Shown here: positions 46,901 through 61,022 of the stretch, in pieces | How positions within the stretch are numbered: position 1 is the stretch's first letter | Layout of the letters: each line of letters begins with the position of its first letter | Origin: Azolla caroliniana | Taxonomy: Eukaryota > Plantae > Polypodiophyta | Direction: 5' to 3' | Length of the DNA: 64,000 nucleotides | NCBI GenBank assembly: GCA_043228905.1 | Contig: JBHGNT010000007.1 | Coordinates: forward strand, 10,664,001 to 10,728,000 | Position numbers and translations under genes: made by a program | Notes under the pieces: generated by a model | Databases searched by the model: none | Seen by the model: only the letters and a program-made list of their open reading frames with translations | Told to the model about the DNA's origin: nothing

Positions 46901-49570
46901 CCGGAGTCAGAGGCAAGTACCAGGACGCGGACTCGTCAAACACAATGTCACGACTCACGCGCGCTTGTTTGGTGTGAGGGTTATAACACTTATAACCCTT
47001 CTACCGAGCAAGGTACACTTCTCGGCTTTCGCGTCCAAATTCCTCTGTTTCTCCTTCGGGACATGCACAAACGCAATGCTACCGAAAAGTCTCAAGTGTC
47101 GTAGATTTGGCTTCCTTCCGAAATACCGCTCATGCGCTGACACTTTGTCTCCGATCCTATTCTGGATGTATACTGCGGTTCGTACCACCTCGTCCCAATA
47201 GAACTTGGGCAAGCTCTTCTCCTCCAGCATTGCCCGTGCCAGTTCTACAATTGACCGGTTCTTCCTCTCGTCCAAGCCGTTTTGCTCCGGCATGTATCAA
47301 CAACTGAATTCGTGCCGAATTCCCATCTGTTGGAGATAGTTGTTGAATTGACTGGAAAAGTATTCTTTTCCGCCATCCGACCACAAGCACTTGATCTTTC
47401 ATCCTGTTTCTGTTTCCACGAACCCTTTGAGGTCCCGGAAACAGTCGAAGACTTCACTCTTCTTCTCAATGAGGTAGATCCACGTGTGCCGCGTATACTC
47501 GTTGATGAAGCAGACAAAATATCGACTCCCGCCAAGACTAATGTTCCGTGCCCGCCCCCATACATCGGAATGTATCAAGTCAAGCTTGTTCCGGCTCTGG
47601 TTACACTCGTTAGGGAAAGGAAGTCGGTGTTGCTTCCCTAGCTGGCAGGCTTCACAAATTTGCACCTTTCGGCCACTAAATTTGGGCAATCCAAACACCA
47701 CTTGTTTCAATTGCAGATCCTGAAGCCGTTGATAGTTGACGTGGCCTATTCGCTTGTGCCATAAGTCGATATCCGACTCGACTTTTTGTCCTTTTGCGAA
47801 CATTGCGGTGCCACCGTCACTATAGTCGAGGATAAACATCCTCCCGTCTCTACGCCCTTGCACAATAACTCGGACTTCTTCTTCGATGAAGCACCCGAGA
47901 TGTGTGAATCGGACTTGCATCCCCTGGTCGATGATTTGCCCGACCGACACCAGATTCTTCGTGATTGTGGGGACATGTAACACGTTCATGCTTCGTGTCT
48001 CGTCACGAAGGCCGACCCTTTTCCGGCTTTTCCGGATCCTTCGGCGTAGTGCGATCGCTGCCAATTTCCTTTGTCGGTCTGTCTGGAACCTGATCCGATC
48101 CGGTCCTCTCCAAATCAACGCGCTTCTTCCAGCACTCGCTCTCCTTGTGGCCCTTTTTGCCACAGTACCAGGATTCCGCGACAGATTTCCCTTGCCGATT
48201 CTCATCGCCTCGACTCCCCCTATTTCCGGAGGGTCCGGAATTGTTGTTGGCATCACTTCGGTGCCTTCTTCCTTGATCCCGTCGGCCCCCTCCATTGTGA
48301 CGGGAACTGGTCGTTCCTTATGCGCAATGCTCGGCCACAACCGAGCTTAGAATGATACACAGAAAACGGGAAATAGAACACGACACAAAGAAGAGGAAGA
48401 TACACAGGAGGTTTATGTGGAAAACCCCAAACTAGGGGAAAAACCACGACGTACTCACTCTTCTTCTTGCACCAACAAGAAAATGACAACTACCTTCTAC
48501 TAGTTTGCCCTAAGTCATATTTATACTAATATGACTTTTCGGCTATTTACAAATCTAGCCTCGATGGACTATCAGAAAACATATTTACGAATATGTCTCT
48601 TCATCCGGTTCTCCATAGCCGGGTACTCCTCATCCGGTTCATACCGGGTCTGCACCATCGAGCCCTCCGTAGCCGGGTACTCCTCATCCGGTCTTCACCG
48701 GGTCTGCATCATCCGGCTCTCCATAGCCGGGTACTCCTCATACGGTTTCCATCCGGAGGGACCTGTCTCCCAACACATTGTGCACCGACTCGCCTCGTCC
48801 ACCACGACCACACGGTCTATCTCCCTCCATGTACAACATCTTGTTGTCGGCATGTGTGCTCGTCTACGCACCAGTGAGCATCGATTGTAAGTTGAAAAAC
48901 GACGTCGTATTCTCCTGTGTACACACAGCAGTTCGGAACGCTCCGAACTTCGATGCTAGTCCCCCGAGACAGATGTGCACCATCTCGCCTTCCTCGACGT
49001 TCTCATCAATGGAGGCTATGGAGTCGCATATATCTTTGATCTTCGAGGTGTAATCAGCCACCGACAAATCGTGTCGGAGTTGAAGCTTTCTGGTTGTAGT
49101 GCTTGTGGCGAAAATCTTCTTTAGATTTCCCCAAGCATCTTTCGACGTTTTTGCATCCCGAATGCAGCTTAGGAGTTGTTCACCCACACAAAACGCGAAG
49201 CAGTACAGTACTCTGCTCGCCGACTGTTCCCACGTCGGGAAATCTCTATGTGTCGATTCAGGTGCTGTGTCATTTGCTCCGTCGACATAGCTCTAGTAAC
49301 CGTGCCCGAGCAGGTACTGGTGCATCTTGTAGGATCAAGACACATAGTTGTTTCTGTCGAGCTTCTCGGTAGGAAGCGAGCTAGCCATGCCTCTATCCAT
49401 TTTGTTTTTCCTGTTCCCCTTGGTTAGTTTTCTTTTCAAGCTATGTCGACTGTAGAGGTTCTCAACCCTCGCGCTCTGATACCATGAAAAAGATTATGTG
49501 CGGAAGCAATAGAAAACCGAACACAGAAAATACGTAGGTTTAATGGAGAGCTTGAATATACACAATACGC

Positions 49571-49606
<36 letters not shown>

Positions 49607-49943
49607 CCACAGAAACTCAATTCAAAATAATACTCAATCTGTACATAGAATGTGCTCAATGAGCACTTTTATACAAGTCCATACGGACTGACAGAAGTAC
49701 TGACACGTACTTCAATGCTCATAACTGAGCTCTACGCTAACTCCCAAAATATATTCCTACGCAGAATATCTTTCCAATGGCCTTGCGGTTTACGCACCGC
49801 TACAACTTCTCGTTACGCATCAGTTTGCGTACCAGTTTACGCACCCGTTTTACACACCGGTCCGGCCTAACTGATCGTCCCCAACCGATCCCATTCTTGT
49901 CTTGCACAGCTGATCCAGCCAATGTTGAGCTTGTATCTCAACA
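43958..49943 (-). mobile_element. Full-length decayed Ty1/copia element E (family of A/B/G)
   Basis: LTRs 43958-44404 and 49485-49943; perfect TSD GTACC; PBS 49473-49484; PPT 44405-44416; gag-pol fragments ~44420-49400. Confidence 0.92.
48298..48775 (-). repeat. Solo LTR of the copia C family in copia E gag
   Basis: TGACGGGAAC...TCCCAACA, as in the copia C LTRs; perfect TSD CATTG. Confidence 0.92.
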
Positions 49944-50749
49944 GTACCTCCGTTGGATATTTTTCGTCCCAGAATGGTAGGTCACGTTCTTTGCAAGGTG
50001 GATGACACTTTGACTGTCGTAGTAGAGCCGATATTCTTCCTGTTGGATCCCTAGTTCTCCGATGAAGTCCTTCATCCAGATTATCTCCTTGTCGGCTTCT
50101 ACAACTGCCATGTACTCCGCCTCCGTGATTGACAACGCAACCGTCTTCTACAACCTCGACTGCCATGAAACATCTCCCCATGCATAAGTCATGACATATC
50201 CGGATGTCGATCGGCTGGTATCCACATCAGTTCACATATCTGAATCTGTGAATCTGTCAAGTTGGGGATTACCAGAGCCGAACCAGAGGCACAGACTTGA
50301 GGTGCCTTTCAGATACCGGAGTATCCACTTGACCGCGTTCTAGTGCTCTCTTGCGGGATTGCTCATGAACTGGCTCACCACTTCGACTGCATATTCGATG
50401 TTCGGCTGGGTACATACCATCGCGTACATCAAGCTTCCGACGGTAGAGGCATATGGATTCTTCATCATATCTGTCTGCTCCGCCTTTGTCCTCGGGCTTT
50501 GTTTTCCGGACAGCTTGCAGTTTGCCGGAAGTGTCGATCCGACCGGTTTCGCCTCCGACATGTTGAACCGTTGAAGCACCTTTGTCACGTACTTCTCTTG
50601 TGATAACCACAACAACTTCTTTGAAGGAATATGCATGGTCGGGACTTCACCAGATGCACGTAAGCGAGACATCCGAACACCTTTAGATGCCGGTAGGATA
50701 CATCTTTACCGGTCCATACTTTCTGCGGTGAGTTTCCTTCCAAGGGTGC

Positions 50750-53700
50750 TGTTGGGATTACGGTCCCTTCGGATGGGATGGTCGGATGTCGGAGATGAAT
50801 GCCGACAATCCCGGTTTCGGTTTCGGATCCGGATGACGAAGACCCCGGCTTCGGTGCCGGATGACGAATGTACCCGGAGAGCGATCCGGATGCAGGGACA
50901 TATCCGTGAATATGTTCGCTATGGGCCCCTGAGGCCACAGTTGTAAATAGCCCCAAAGTCATATGTGTATAAATATGACTTAGGGCAAACAGTTTTAATG
51001 TTGCTACTCATTTTTCTGTTTTTCCACTCAAGAGGAGTGAAGAGAGAGCAGCCGTGAGAGAGAGAGAGAGATAGAGCGCGAGAGAGGAAGAGGTAGACGC
51101 CTCTGTGTATTTCCGCCGCCTGTGGCGAGGACAGCGAGCTCAAGGTCGTCGCCTTGCAGCTCGCCATTGTATACTTCTCTGTATAGTGTTGGTTTGGAGT
51201 CTTGTACTCCCGTGGTTTTTCCCGTCTAGGGTTTTCCACGTTAATCCCTGTGTGCTCGCGTTTTTTTTGTTTCTCCGTGTGGTTCCTATTTTCTGCTGCA
51301 TTGATCCGCGATTAATCGGTTGTGGCCGAGTGGTGAAGGTGAATCTAGAAGTGTCGATTCCCAACAAACTGGTATCAGAGCGACTGCTGCAGAAAATGGA
51401 AGGCGGCGGCAGCGGGCAGCCGGGGATGATGGTGCTGAATGCACAGAATTACGCCGACTGGAAGATCAAGATGGAGGATCTTCTGATTGTTCGGGACCTG
51501 TACGAACCGATTGACAGGTCGGAAATACCGAAAGGGGTACTTGAGTCGGAGTGGAAGCTCCTGAACCGGAAAGCCGTAGCGACGATCCGACAATATGTCG
51601 ATGTAAGCGTCCTACAACATGTGGCAAACGACACCAACGCATATGAGATGTGGAAGAAGCTGTCGGGCCTCTACGAGAGGAAGAATGCGTTGAACCGGAC
51701 CTCCCTGATGAGGAAGATAGTGAATCTCAAGTACCGGGACGGCGAGAGTATGGTGGAACACGTAAGCACGTTCATGGGATTCGTGAATCAGCTTGCGGCG
51801 ATCAAGTTCCCGTTGGAGGATGCAATGCAAGCCATCATCCTGATGTGTACATTGCCGGAAAGCTGGGAGAACTTGGTGGTGACTCTCAGCACCTCGTGCA
51901 CCGAAGATAACTTGTCCTTACAAACGGTAAAGACAAGTATTCTGAATGAAGAAGCGCGTCGGAGAGATAAGGAACCGGTCTCCGACCCGAAGATGCTGTT
52001 TACCGAATCGGATCGGGGAAGACAATGGAACCGGAGTCCGCAAAGACGGGAGAAGTCGGGGACCCGGTCGCAGTCAAGAGGAAGGCCCACATGCTTCCAC
52101 TGTGGGAAGCCGGGGCACTTCCGAAAGAATTGTCGGCATTACCGAAAAGACAATGGAACCGACAACACCGATTCGAAGAAGTCACCGGAGAGAAACGGTG
52201 CATACCGGGGAGCCATGGACCAGAATGGTTCGGATCGGCGAGGGCAGGACCGGAAAGGAACGACGACACTCGCGGCAAGTGAAGAGGAGATCATGCTCAT
52301 CACCGAAGAAGGTGAACTAAACATTGCCGGCGATGAGACGACCTGGGTGGTCGATTCCGGAGCATCGTTCCACCTGACCCCGGAGAGAAGATACTTCTCA
52401 TCCTACACAGCCGGCGAGCATGGCTGTGTTCGGATGGGAAATGAAGGTACGTGCCGGATTGCCGGCATCGGAGACGTGTGGTTGACAACCCCGACCGGAT
52501 GCAAAATGCTGCTGAAGGATGTCCGACACGTTCCGGAGGTTCGATTGAACCTGATTTCGGCCGGGAGGCTAGACGATGAAGGCTACACAGGTAGCATCCG
52601 GAACGGCGTAATGAAGTTCAGCAAGGGGAGCCTGATAGTGGCTCGGGCCCGGAAAGTCAACACACTGTACCTGATGAATGCTCGGTTATGTCCGGAAGAA
52701 CTGAATGTGGCAGCTGACACTGCCGGTGAGCTGTGGCACAAGAGACTGTGCCACATGAGTGAGAAGGGGATGAAGAGGCTTGCAGAAGACAACCTCATCC
52801 CAGTGAAGCATGTGCACCTGGAGAAGTGCACCGATTGCCTGGCCGGTAAGCAGAACCGAACCTCCTTCCACTCAAGGCCACCGACGAGACGTAGCGCACC
52901 ATTGGAGTTGGTGCACACTGACGTGTGTCAGGTAGAGACGAAGTCACATGGCGGAGCCCAGTACTTCGTAACATTCATCGATGATCATAGCCGAAAACTG
53001 TGGACGGCACCGATGAAGACAAAGGACCAAGTGTTGTGCGTCTTCAAAGAACTCCACGCGAGAGTGGAAAGGGAATCCGGCAAGAAGCTGAAAGCGATAC
53101 GAGCGGATAACGGAGGGGAATACCGGGGGCAGTTCCAGGAGTACTGTCGCTCGAAGGGAATCCGACTCGAGTTTACTGTGCCGAAGACGCCGGAACTGAA
53201 CGGGCTGGCCGAGAGGATGAACCGGACCATAATGGAGAGGGTCCGGAGTATGCTGGCGCATGCGAAATTACCCAAGGGGTTTTGGGCTGAGGCAATGTCG
53301 ACGGCGACATACGTGATAAACAGATCACCCTCAGTACCTTTGGACGGAGACACGCCGCAGAATGTGTGGACCGGTAAGGAAGTGTCCTACCGGCATCTGA
53401 AGGTGTTCGGGTGTCTCGCCTACGTGCATGTGGCAAAGGACCGGAGAGGAAAGCTAGATCCAAAGACCCGGCCATGCATATTCCTCGGTTACGGCGATGA
53501 CGAGTTCGGCTACCGAGTATGGGACCCGGTCGACAAGAAGATATTCAGGAGTCGAGACATCATCTTCATGGAGGACAAGACACTCGCCGACTGGGAGTCG
53601 GAGAAGAAGGTAAAGAGCTCCAAGTCGACCGGTGAGGATCAACTCTACAAGGAGCAGTCCCGACCGGCAAGGGACCGGTTAGCACTCGAGGATCCGGCCG

Positions 53701-56096
53701 AAGACGGTGAAGAAACAGAACCGGCCGAAGAAGATGAAAACGATACCGGAACCGGCCCCGATCCCGAAATGGATTCGGATGAAGAAGAATCGGAAGAACC
53801 GGTTACCGAAGCTCCGGAACGGAGATATCCTCTAAGAGAGAGAAGGGCCCCCCGGAGATTTCCGGAACCAGAGCATGTGCTGCTAACCGACGAAGGGGAG
53901 CCGGAGAGCTTTGAAGAAGCAAAGCATGACACCCAGAGCCGCAGGTGGTTGAGTGCCATGCAGGACGAAATGGATTCCCTGCATGAGAACCACACATATG
54001 AACTTGTGGAGTTGCCGAAAGGAAAGCGGGCACTTCGAAACAAGTGGGTGTTCAAGCTGAAACCGGGAGATGCCGGAAACCCCCCGAGATACAAAGCCAG
54101 GATCGTGGTGAAGGGGTTTCAGCAGAAGAAGGGCGTCGACTTCGACGAGATATTTGCCCCGGTAGTGAAGATGACCTCGATCCGGACGGTGCTGAGCATA
54201 GCGGCAAGCATGGACCTCGAGGTAGAACAGATGGACGTGAAGACGGCATTCCTTCACGGTGACCTCGATGAAGAGATCTACATGCAGCAACCGGAAGGAT
54301 TCGAGAAGAAAGGGAAGGAGCACCTGGTATGCCGATTGAAGAAGAGCCTTTACGGACTGAAGCAGGCTCCCCGGCAATGGTACTGGAAGTTCGACTCCTT
54401 CATGACCGATGAAGGGTACCTCAAAACGCAGTCCGACCACTGCGTATTTGTGAAGAAGTTCGAAGGAGGAGACTTTCTAATACTCCTCCTGTACGTGGAC
54501 GACATGTTGATCGTCGGACGGGACCAGGTCAAGATACGGATGCTGAAGAAGGCTCTTCACCGAACCTTTTCAATGAAGGACCTGGGTCCGGCGAGACAAA
54601 TACTAGGGATGCACATCATCCGGGACCGGAAGAAGAAGTAGTTGTGGCTGTCACAGGAGAAGTACGTGACGAAGGTGCTTCACCGGTTCAACATGTCGGA
54701 AGCAAGACCGGTCAGATCGACCCTCCCGGCAAACTGCAAGCTGTCCAGCAAGCAAAGTCCCAAGACAAAGGCTGAAAAGGAGGATATGATGAAAGTGCCG
54801 TATGCCTCAGCCGTCGGGAGCTTGATGTACGCCATGGTGTGTACGAGACCGGACATAGGATATGCAGTCGGAGTGGTGAGCCGGTACATGAGCAATCCCG
54901 GCAAAGAGCATTGGAACGCGGCCAAGTGGATACTCCGATACCTGAAGGGCACGGCAAACGTGTGCCTCCGATTCGGCTCCGGTAAGCCCGAACTCGACGG
55001 CTTCACCGATTCGGATATGTCGGCTGATGCAGATACCAGCCGGTCCACATCAGGGTATGTGATGACATATGCAGGGGGAGCTGTTTCGTGGCAGTCGAGG
55101 CTGCAGAAGACGGTTGCGTTGTCAACCACAGAGGCGGAGTACATGGCGGCTGTTGAAGCCGGCAAGGAAATAATATGGATGAAGGACTTCATTGGAGAGC
55201 TCGGTATCCGGCAGGAGGAGTACCGACTCTATTGCGACAGTCAGAGTGCAATCCACCTTGCGAAGAACGCGGCCTATCACTCCCGGACGAAGCACATCCA
55301 GCGAAGATATCACTGGATCCGGGAAAGGATAGAAGACAAGGAGTTCGTGCTGACAAAGATCCACACGGACGAGAACGGGTCGGATATGCTGACCAAGGTC
55401 CTCACACCCGACAAGCTGGAAGCATGCCGGAAGAGGATCGGATTGGAGAGACATCCCATGCCGAAGTGAAGGGGGAGTTTGTTGGGATTACGGTCCCTTC
55501 GGATGGGATGGTCGGATGTCGGAGATGAATGCCGACAATCCCGGTTTCGGTTTCGGATCCGGATGACGAAGACCCCGGCTTCGGTGCCGGATGACGAATG
55601 TACCCGGAGAGCGATCCGGATGCAGGGACATATCCGTGAATATGTTCGCTATGGGCCCCTGAGGCCACAGTTGTAAATAGCCCCAAAGTCATATGTGTAT
55701 AAATATGACTTAGGGCAAACAGTTTTAATGTTGCTACTCATTTTTCTGTTTTTCCACTCAAGAGGAGTGAAGAGAGAGCAGCCGTGAGAGAGAGAGAGAG
55801 ATAGAGCGCGAGAGAGGAAGAGGTAGACGCCTCTGTGTATTTCCGCCGCCTGTGGCGAGGACAGCGAGCTCAAGGTCGTCGCCTTGCAGCTCGCCATTGT
55901 ATACTTCTCTGTATAGTGTTGGTTTGGAGTCTTGTACTCCCGTGGTTTTTCCCGTCTAGGGTTTTCCACGTTAATCCCTGTGTGCTCGCGTTTTTTTTGT
56001 TTCTCCGTGTGGTTCCTATTTTCTGCTGCATTGATCCGCGATTAATCGGTTGTGGCCGAGTGGTGAAGGTGAATCTAGAAGTGTCGATTCCCAACA
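50750..56096 (+). mobile_element. Very young full-length Ty1/copia element F (Tnt1/Tork-like)
   Basis: 617-bp LTRs 50750-51366 and 55480-56096 look identical (identical ORF translations); TSD GGTGC; PBS TGGTATCAGAGC 51370; PPT GAAGGGGGAG. Confidence 0.96.
51396..55469 (+). pseudogene. Copia F Gag-Pol polyprotein, intact except one in-frame TAG at 54639-54641
   Basis: CFHCGKPGHFRKNC, WVVDSGASFH, LWHKRLCH, integrase HTD..DNGGE..AER, RT YVDD, RNase H DSD..EAEY..D. ORFs 51105-54641 and 54642-55469 share a frame. Confidence 0.95.
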
Positions 56097-56213
56097 GGTG
56101 CTGAGGGTGATCTGTTTATCACATAGGTTATCGTCATCAACACCTCAGCCCAAAACGTCTTGGGTAACTTGGCATGTGCTAGCATGCTTCAGACTCTCTC
56201 CATTATGGTCTGG

Positions 56214-59210
56214 TGTTGGTCGGCAAGGCAAAAGGACCGGTTAGAGTCCAGAATGTGAAAGGGGTATTTAATTAGGAATAGGGAGTTGAAATTAGTAAGT
56301 ATTATGTTATTTTGAGAGGCAAAGTAGTATGTTATTTTGAGAAGCAAAGTCTTATGTTATTTTGAGAAGCAGAGTATTATGTTATTTTGAGAAGCGGATG
56401 GACGGACCCAGAATCGGTATGCCGATTCGGATCCGGACCGGATCGTTTTCGGTTGCCGGTTGGCACCGGTTTGTAACTCAGTCGGAGACCAATAAAAGGA
56501 CCCGACAAGAACGTAATCATGGACGGATAACTAATAGAAGCGCTATTGTTTTACATATTGTTAGTGTCTATTTGGTTACCATTCTGTGCTTAATATAATT
56601 AATCCTACGCGTGTGGTATGATCATTAACAGTGCAAGTTAGTAACCGGTTAAGACCCATTCGACACCACGGTCCATCCATATCTCACCGTACCACCCTTT
56701 GGTGAAGTGTTCCATAGGGACACCTTGTGTTACGGCTTGTCCGGCCTAAAGGCTAACACAGTTTTTGGCGACCACAATTCCTGTAGTGAGCGGAGAACAC
56801 CGGGGGATGGATGTCTCAACCGACTAACGACCAAATCATCGAACGAGGAAGAAGACTAGCCGGAAGACAGCAAAGGCAGGAAGCCTTCCAACAATTGGCC
56901 GAGGAGATCCGACAGGATCAGTCTTTTCCCAGAGTGCTTTAGTGGGTCTCGGAAGAAGCACTTTGGTTCCAAAAACAACTTTCCGACAAGGGCAGTAGTC
57001 TGACGAGCCTACAAGAGGCAGAATCGCGACTGTGGATGCTTGCCGAAGGCAACGGAAACTCGGGGGCATTCTCAGCCTTAGAGTCGGAATCGGATAGTGA
57101 ACAGAGCGTTCAGTCGAATTATAAAAGTAGCCACGATACTCCGAACGATCCGGAGGACGATGAATCAGACGGCTCATCGACACCACCCATGGAGAAAGCG
57201 GAAAACCGTGCACCAACACCACCCGCAGTGCAAGAACTAGACCACACATCTCTGGTACAACCTCCCGAAGACTACACCATGCCGTACCCATATCCGAAGT
57301 ACCGCGATGACCCTGACGCGGGGACGCACGTCTATGCGTTCCTACAAACATGGGAATCAAATCATGTGTCCCAAAGGCTGACCAAACCGGAAGCCGAACG
57401 GTCAAAAATTGCCAAATTTGGCATGACATTAGAGGGACTAGCGACCCATTGGCATGCAAAGCACGTACCAGGAAACTTTGCCACATTTGAGGCCTTGAAA
57501 ACAAAATTCCTCCGACTATTCCATAGGCAAGTGAAACAACGCGAACTAGTTGGTCAATTTTACACAACCCACCAAGACGAGCAGGAGACAGTGCCCCAAT
57601 TTATCATCTGATTTCAAACACTACACAGCCAGTTAACAAGGGCACCTCTGGAGGAGGAGGCGAAAGCGGTGTTCCTGACCGCTCTACGGGAACCCCTCCA
57701 AATGATGTGCGCGGTACTAGATTTCAAGGCCAGCACAATGGATCAAGTCATCGATCGGGTGCTAGAAATGGATAAACATAGCTCCCTGATAACGATGGGA
57801 GCCCTGTAGAGGGCCCTTCCAAATAAGGAGGATCTCAGGTTTCGCCAAGCGTTGCAATGCACAACGTGTCAAAACCTGGGCCATTCGAAGGTAGACTTCA
57901 CAATGAGGACGTAGTGTATGATCTGCCACTCACGGGCACACACAACGAACCGATGCGAGTACAATCTGCTCAACCGACAAGCGGCACCGGTGCGGATCAT
58001 TGAACCACGTAGCAGCCATGAACCGGACAATGAACGGTTCCGGAGGGAGGACTAATACCGACCAGAACGTGGGGATCGGTACAATGATAGAAGATGCAAC
58101 AACTATGGGCGCGATCTCGACGACCAATGCAAGGAAGGCTACAACCAAGATCGGTATGAACGGGACTACTCCCCGGATTACAACCGGAGAAGGGATGCTT
58201 ATGACCGGGACCGGTATGATAGGAACCAAGATTATAACGGTGACCGGTATGGTTGCGATTACTCTCCAAGCTACAACCAGAGGAGGGAGGACCAACGAGG
58301 AGACTACGAAGACCGTCACCGGCAAGGTTACAAGAACAACAAACTCTTTATTAAGAAACCGAACTTTCGGAGAGAGGATCGTCGGGAGCCGGCAAAGGAG
58401 TACCAATGAGAGCTGGATAGAGGCATAAGTAGCGCCCAACCGGAACAGAGAAGAACAAAAGAACCTAATCGAGCGGTAACCGGATTTCAACCGGGTACCA
58501 GGCCAAAAGCAGAATCTAGCAATACCTAGAAGGCATATTGTTACTATTGCTGCCAGGAAGGCCATTACAACAACCAATGTCCGGTTAAAAGTAACAATAA
58601 ATGACCGGCAATCAATATGGCGGTAGTAGAAGTAGCGGATGTACAACAAGTCACCATCAGATCAAAAGGAAAGACGACGGAGTGGGAAGCACAGGAGGCC
58701 ATACAAAAATAGACCACCGAATGGATTGAAAAGGCCAACAAATGCATTGTCACTGAAATGAAAGAGCGCACGAATGATGTGGAGGAACTCACCATAAAGG
58801 CACAGCCGGAGAACCCCATGTGGCAAGCACTTCAGGAATGCCAAATCATGTTACCACTAGGCTGGTTACTGCAACTAGTGCCCCGGTTCACCGACGGCTT
58901 GAAATCGGCGATGGCTCCGTTAAGTCCTACACCGGCTCCCCGGCGGTGGTGGATACCAGCAATCCTGCAATCACTGCGATTATTAAACGACGGGAGCTGC
59001 CCGATACGATAGTCGATGGCGGATCAGGAGTAAACGTGATAAGCCTCTAGACATGCGACACTTTGGGAATTCAGGAGTGGGAACCATGCCCATTCTGCCT
59101 CCGGATGGCGGACACCAGCTCAGTCCGACCGGTCGGCTTGATCCGTGACTTGGAGGTGACGATCAGAGGCCATGCTTTCTGAATTTCTGTGGTAGTCCTC
59201 CAGTTCTCCC
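56214..59210 (+). mobile_element. Ty3/gypsy element 3, 5' part (LTR, PBS, decayed gag and protease)
   Basis: LTR TGTTGG...AACACA 56214-56760 with ~23-bp internal repeats; PBS-like TGGCGACCAC at 56766; retrotransposon gag (FEALKTKFLRLF..Q.EQETV); D/R/Y-rich low-complexity tract; CYYCCQEGHYNNQC; protease IVDGGSGVNVI. Confidence 0.82.
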
Positions 59211-59256
59211 CGGTCAACTACTATCTTTCCTACGCACCCGTACCGGCATACCACCT

Positions 59257-61022
59257 TGTTGAGCGGCAAGCTCAATTGGAGTCGGATCGGCTAGATAAGC
59301 CTGAGCCGGTGAGCGAGAGGGATCAGTAAGCCGGTGAGCAACCAAGCTGGCAAACAACCGAGCCGGTTAGCCAGATCCAATTGGTAACCGGAAGCCTAGT
59401 ATTAGTTTAGACTACTAGGCAATTATAGTCTCATAGTAAGTGGTAGATGCTCGTGTGAGCATTGAAGTACTCGGTACTTCTGTTAGTCCCACGAGGACTT
59501 GTATAAATAGTGCTACTGAGCATAGTTGTATGTACAGAGTGATTATATTGTTTTGAATAGTGCTTTTACGTTCTACTCTCTCTGTCTCTCCCGTGTACTC
59601 TGTGTATTCTCTACTTTCTCTATTTTCTAACGCTTCTGCAAGTAATTGTTCACATGGTATCAGAGTGTGAGGGTTGAGAACCTCCTCTACAACCGACAAA
59701 CGCTTGAAAGCAAACCCTAACAGGTCGTAAGAACAACAGACAGAGAAGTGATGGATAGAGGGATGGCTAGCTCGCTCCATGTGGAGAAACTCGACAGATC
59801 CAACTACGCATCTTGGTCGTACAAGATGGACCAGTACCTGCTTGGGCATGGCTACTGGAGTTTCGTCGAAGGAGCCAACGAAACAACACCTAATGCGGCA
59901 CATAAGGACTTCCCAGTGTGGGAACAATCAGCAAGCAGAGTGATGTACTGCTTCGCGTCCAGTGTCGGAGTCCAGCTGCTGAGCCACATCCGAGACGCCA
60001 AGACGCCGAACGAGGCTTGGGGGAACCTGAAGAAGGTTTTCGCCACGAGTACTACAGCCCGGAAGCTGCAACTCCGATAGGAGTTGAGCAATGTCCGACA
60101 GAAGGACATGGCGGTGGAGGATTACACGGCCTGGATCAAAGAGATCTATGACTGGCTTGCCTCTATCATCATTACCGTAGAGGAAGACGAGATGGTAGAG
60201 GTTTTTCTTGGGGGCCTAGCATCTAAGTTCAGAGCGTTCCGAATGGCGGTGTGTACAAGGGAGAATACGCCGTCATTTTTCCACTTACAGTCGATGCTCC
60301 TTGTAGAGGAGAACCATGCTGGTGCGTCAACTAGCTCACCCACTGATAGCCGGATGTTGTACACGGAGGCGGATCGGTCCCGTGGGTGTGGTGGACGAGG
60401 CGGGTCGGCACGCAATGGAGGCGGCCGGCAAGAGCAAGAACGAAGGCACAAAGAACGTGTGCCGACAGCAATTTCGGGACTTCCACAGGCAGGGGGAGTC
60501 AAGGCGGTGTCGAAGGCTGGCAAGATAAATCTGCAACGGAATGCTGGTACTGTGGCAACAAGGGCCATAGAGAAAGCGAGTGTTGGAGAAAGCGTGCCGA
60601 TTTGGACGAATCCAGATCCCGCAAGGCCGGAAAGGATGGCCAGCAAAGCTTGCACTACGCGAAGGGATCGGGAGGATCCAAGAACAGTAACAGGCCAGCC
60701 TTGGTGGTGATGAAGCACGAGGCGAACTCGATGAAGAAGACCACTTCCAAATCGAAAGAAGTATGGTATGTTAATTCTGGTGCGTCGAACCACATGACGA
60801 CCCACAAAGAGTGGTTCTCCTTTTTGGAGAAACCGGATCAACCAGGAGTAGTCGAAACCAGAGACGACACTCCTCACCCAATCGTGCACATTGGAGAAGT
60901 TCCTTTGAGCCACGTCGGACCGAAGGGGAAGCTAATGAATGTATTACATGTTCCGACAATCACGAAGAACCTGGTGTCGGTCAGACAGATTGTCGACCAG
61001 GGGATGCAGGTGCGGTTTACGC
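59257..61022 (+). mobile_element. Ty1/copia element G, 5' part
   Basis: LTR TGTTGAGCGG...TTCACA 59257-59654; PBS TGGTATCAGAGT; gag from 59748, CWYCGNKGHRESEC, protease WYVNSGASNHM. Ends abruptly against gypsy 4. Confidence 0.88.

Larger units (their letters stand above)
43282..56213 (-). mobile_element. Ty1/copia element D (Tork-like), 3' part, internally deleted and split by E and F
   Basis: 3' LTR 43282-43783 plus PPT; RNase H end 43794-43957 continues at 49949; RT to ~50620 is fused to an integrase piece ~50621-50749 that continues at 56102-56213. Confidence 0.8.

Noticed and set aside
51105-51395. N-terminal extension of Gag-Pol through the LTR (also 18134-18342 in copia C)
   Set aside because: These start at non-ATG codons within LTR/PBS sequence; Gag homology starts at the ATG just after the PBS.
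54639-54641. Programmed stop readthrough in copia F
   Set aside because: The stop lies inside RT where copia C has Gln; it is simply a point mutation.
57930-58649. Hydrophobic 239-aa minus-strand ORF and T/G/M-rich plus-strand ORF as novel (env-like) genes
   Set aside because: They are alternative-frame readings of the low-complexity D/R/Y tract of gypsy 3 gag.
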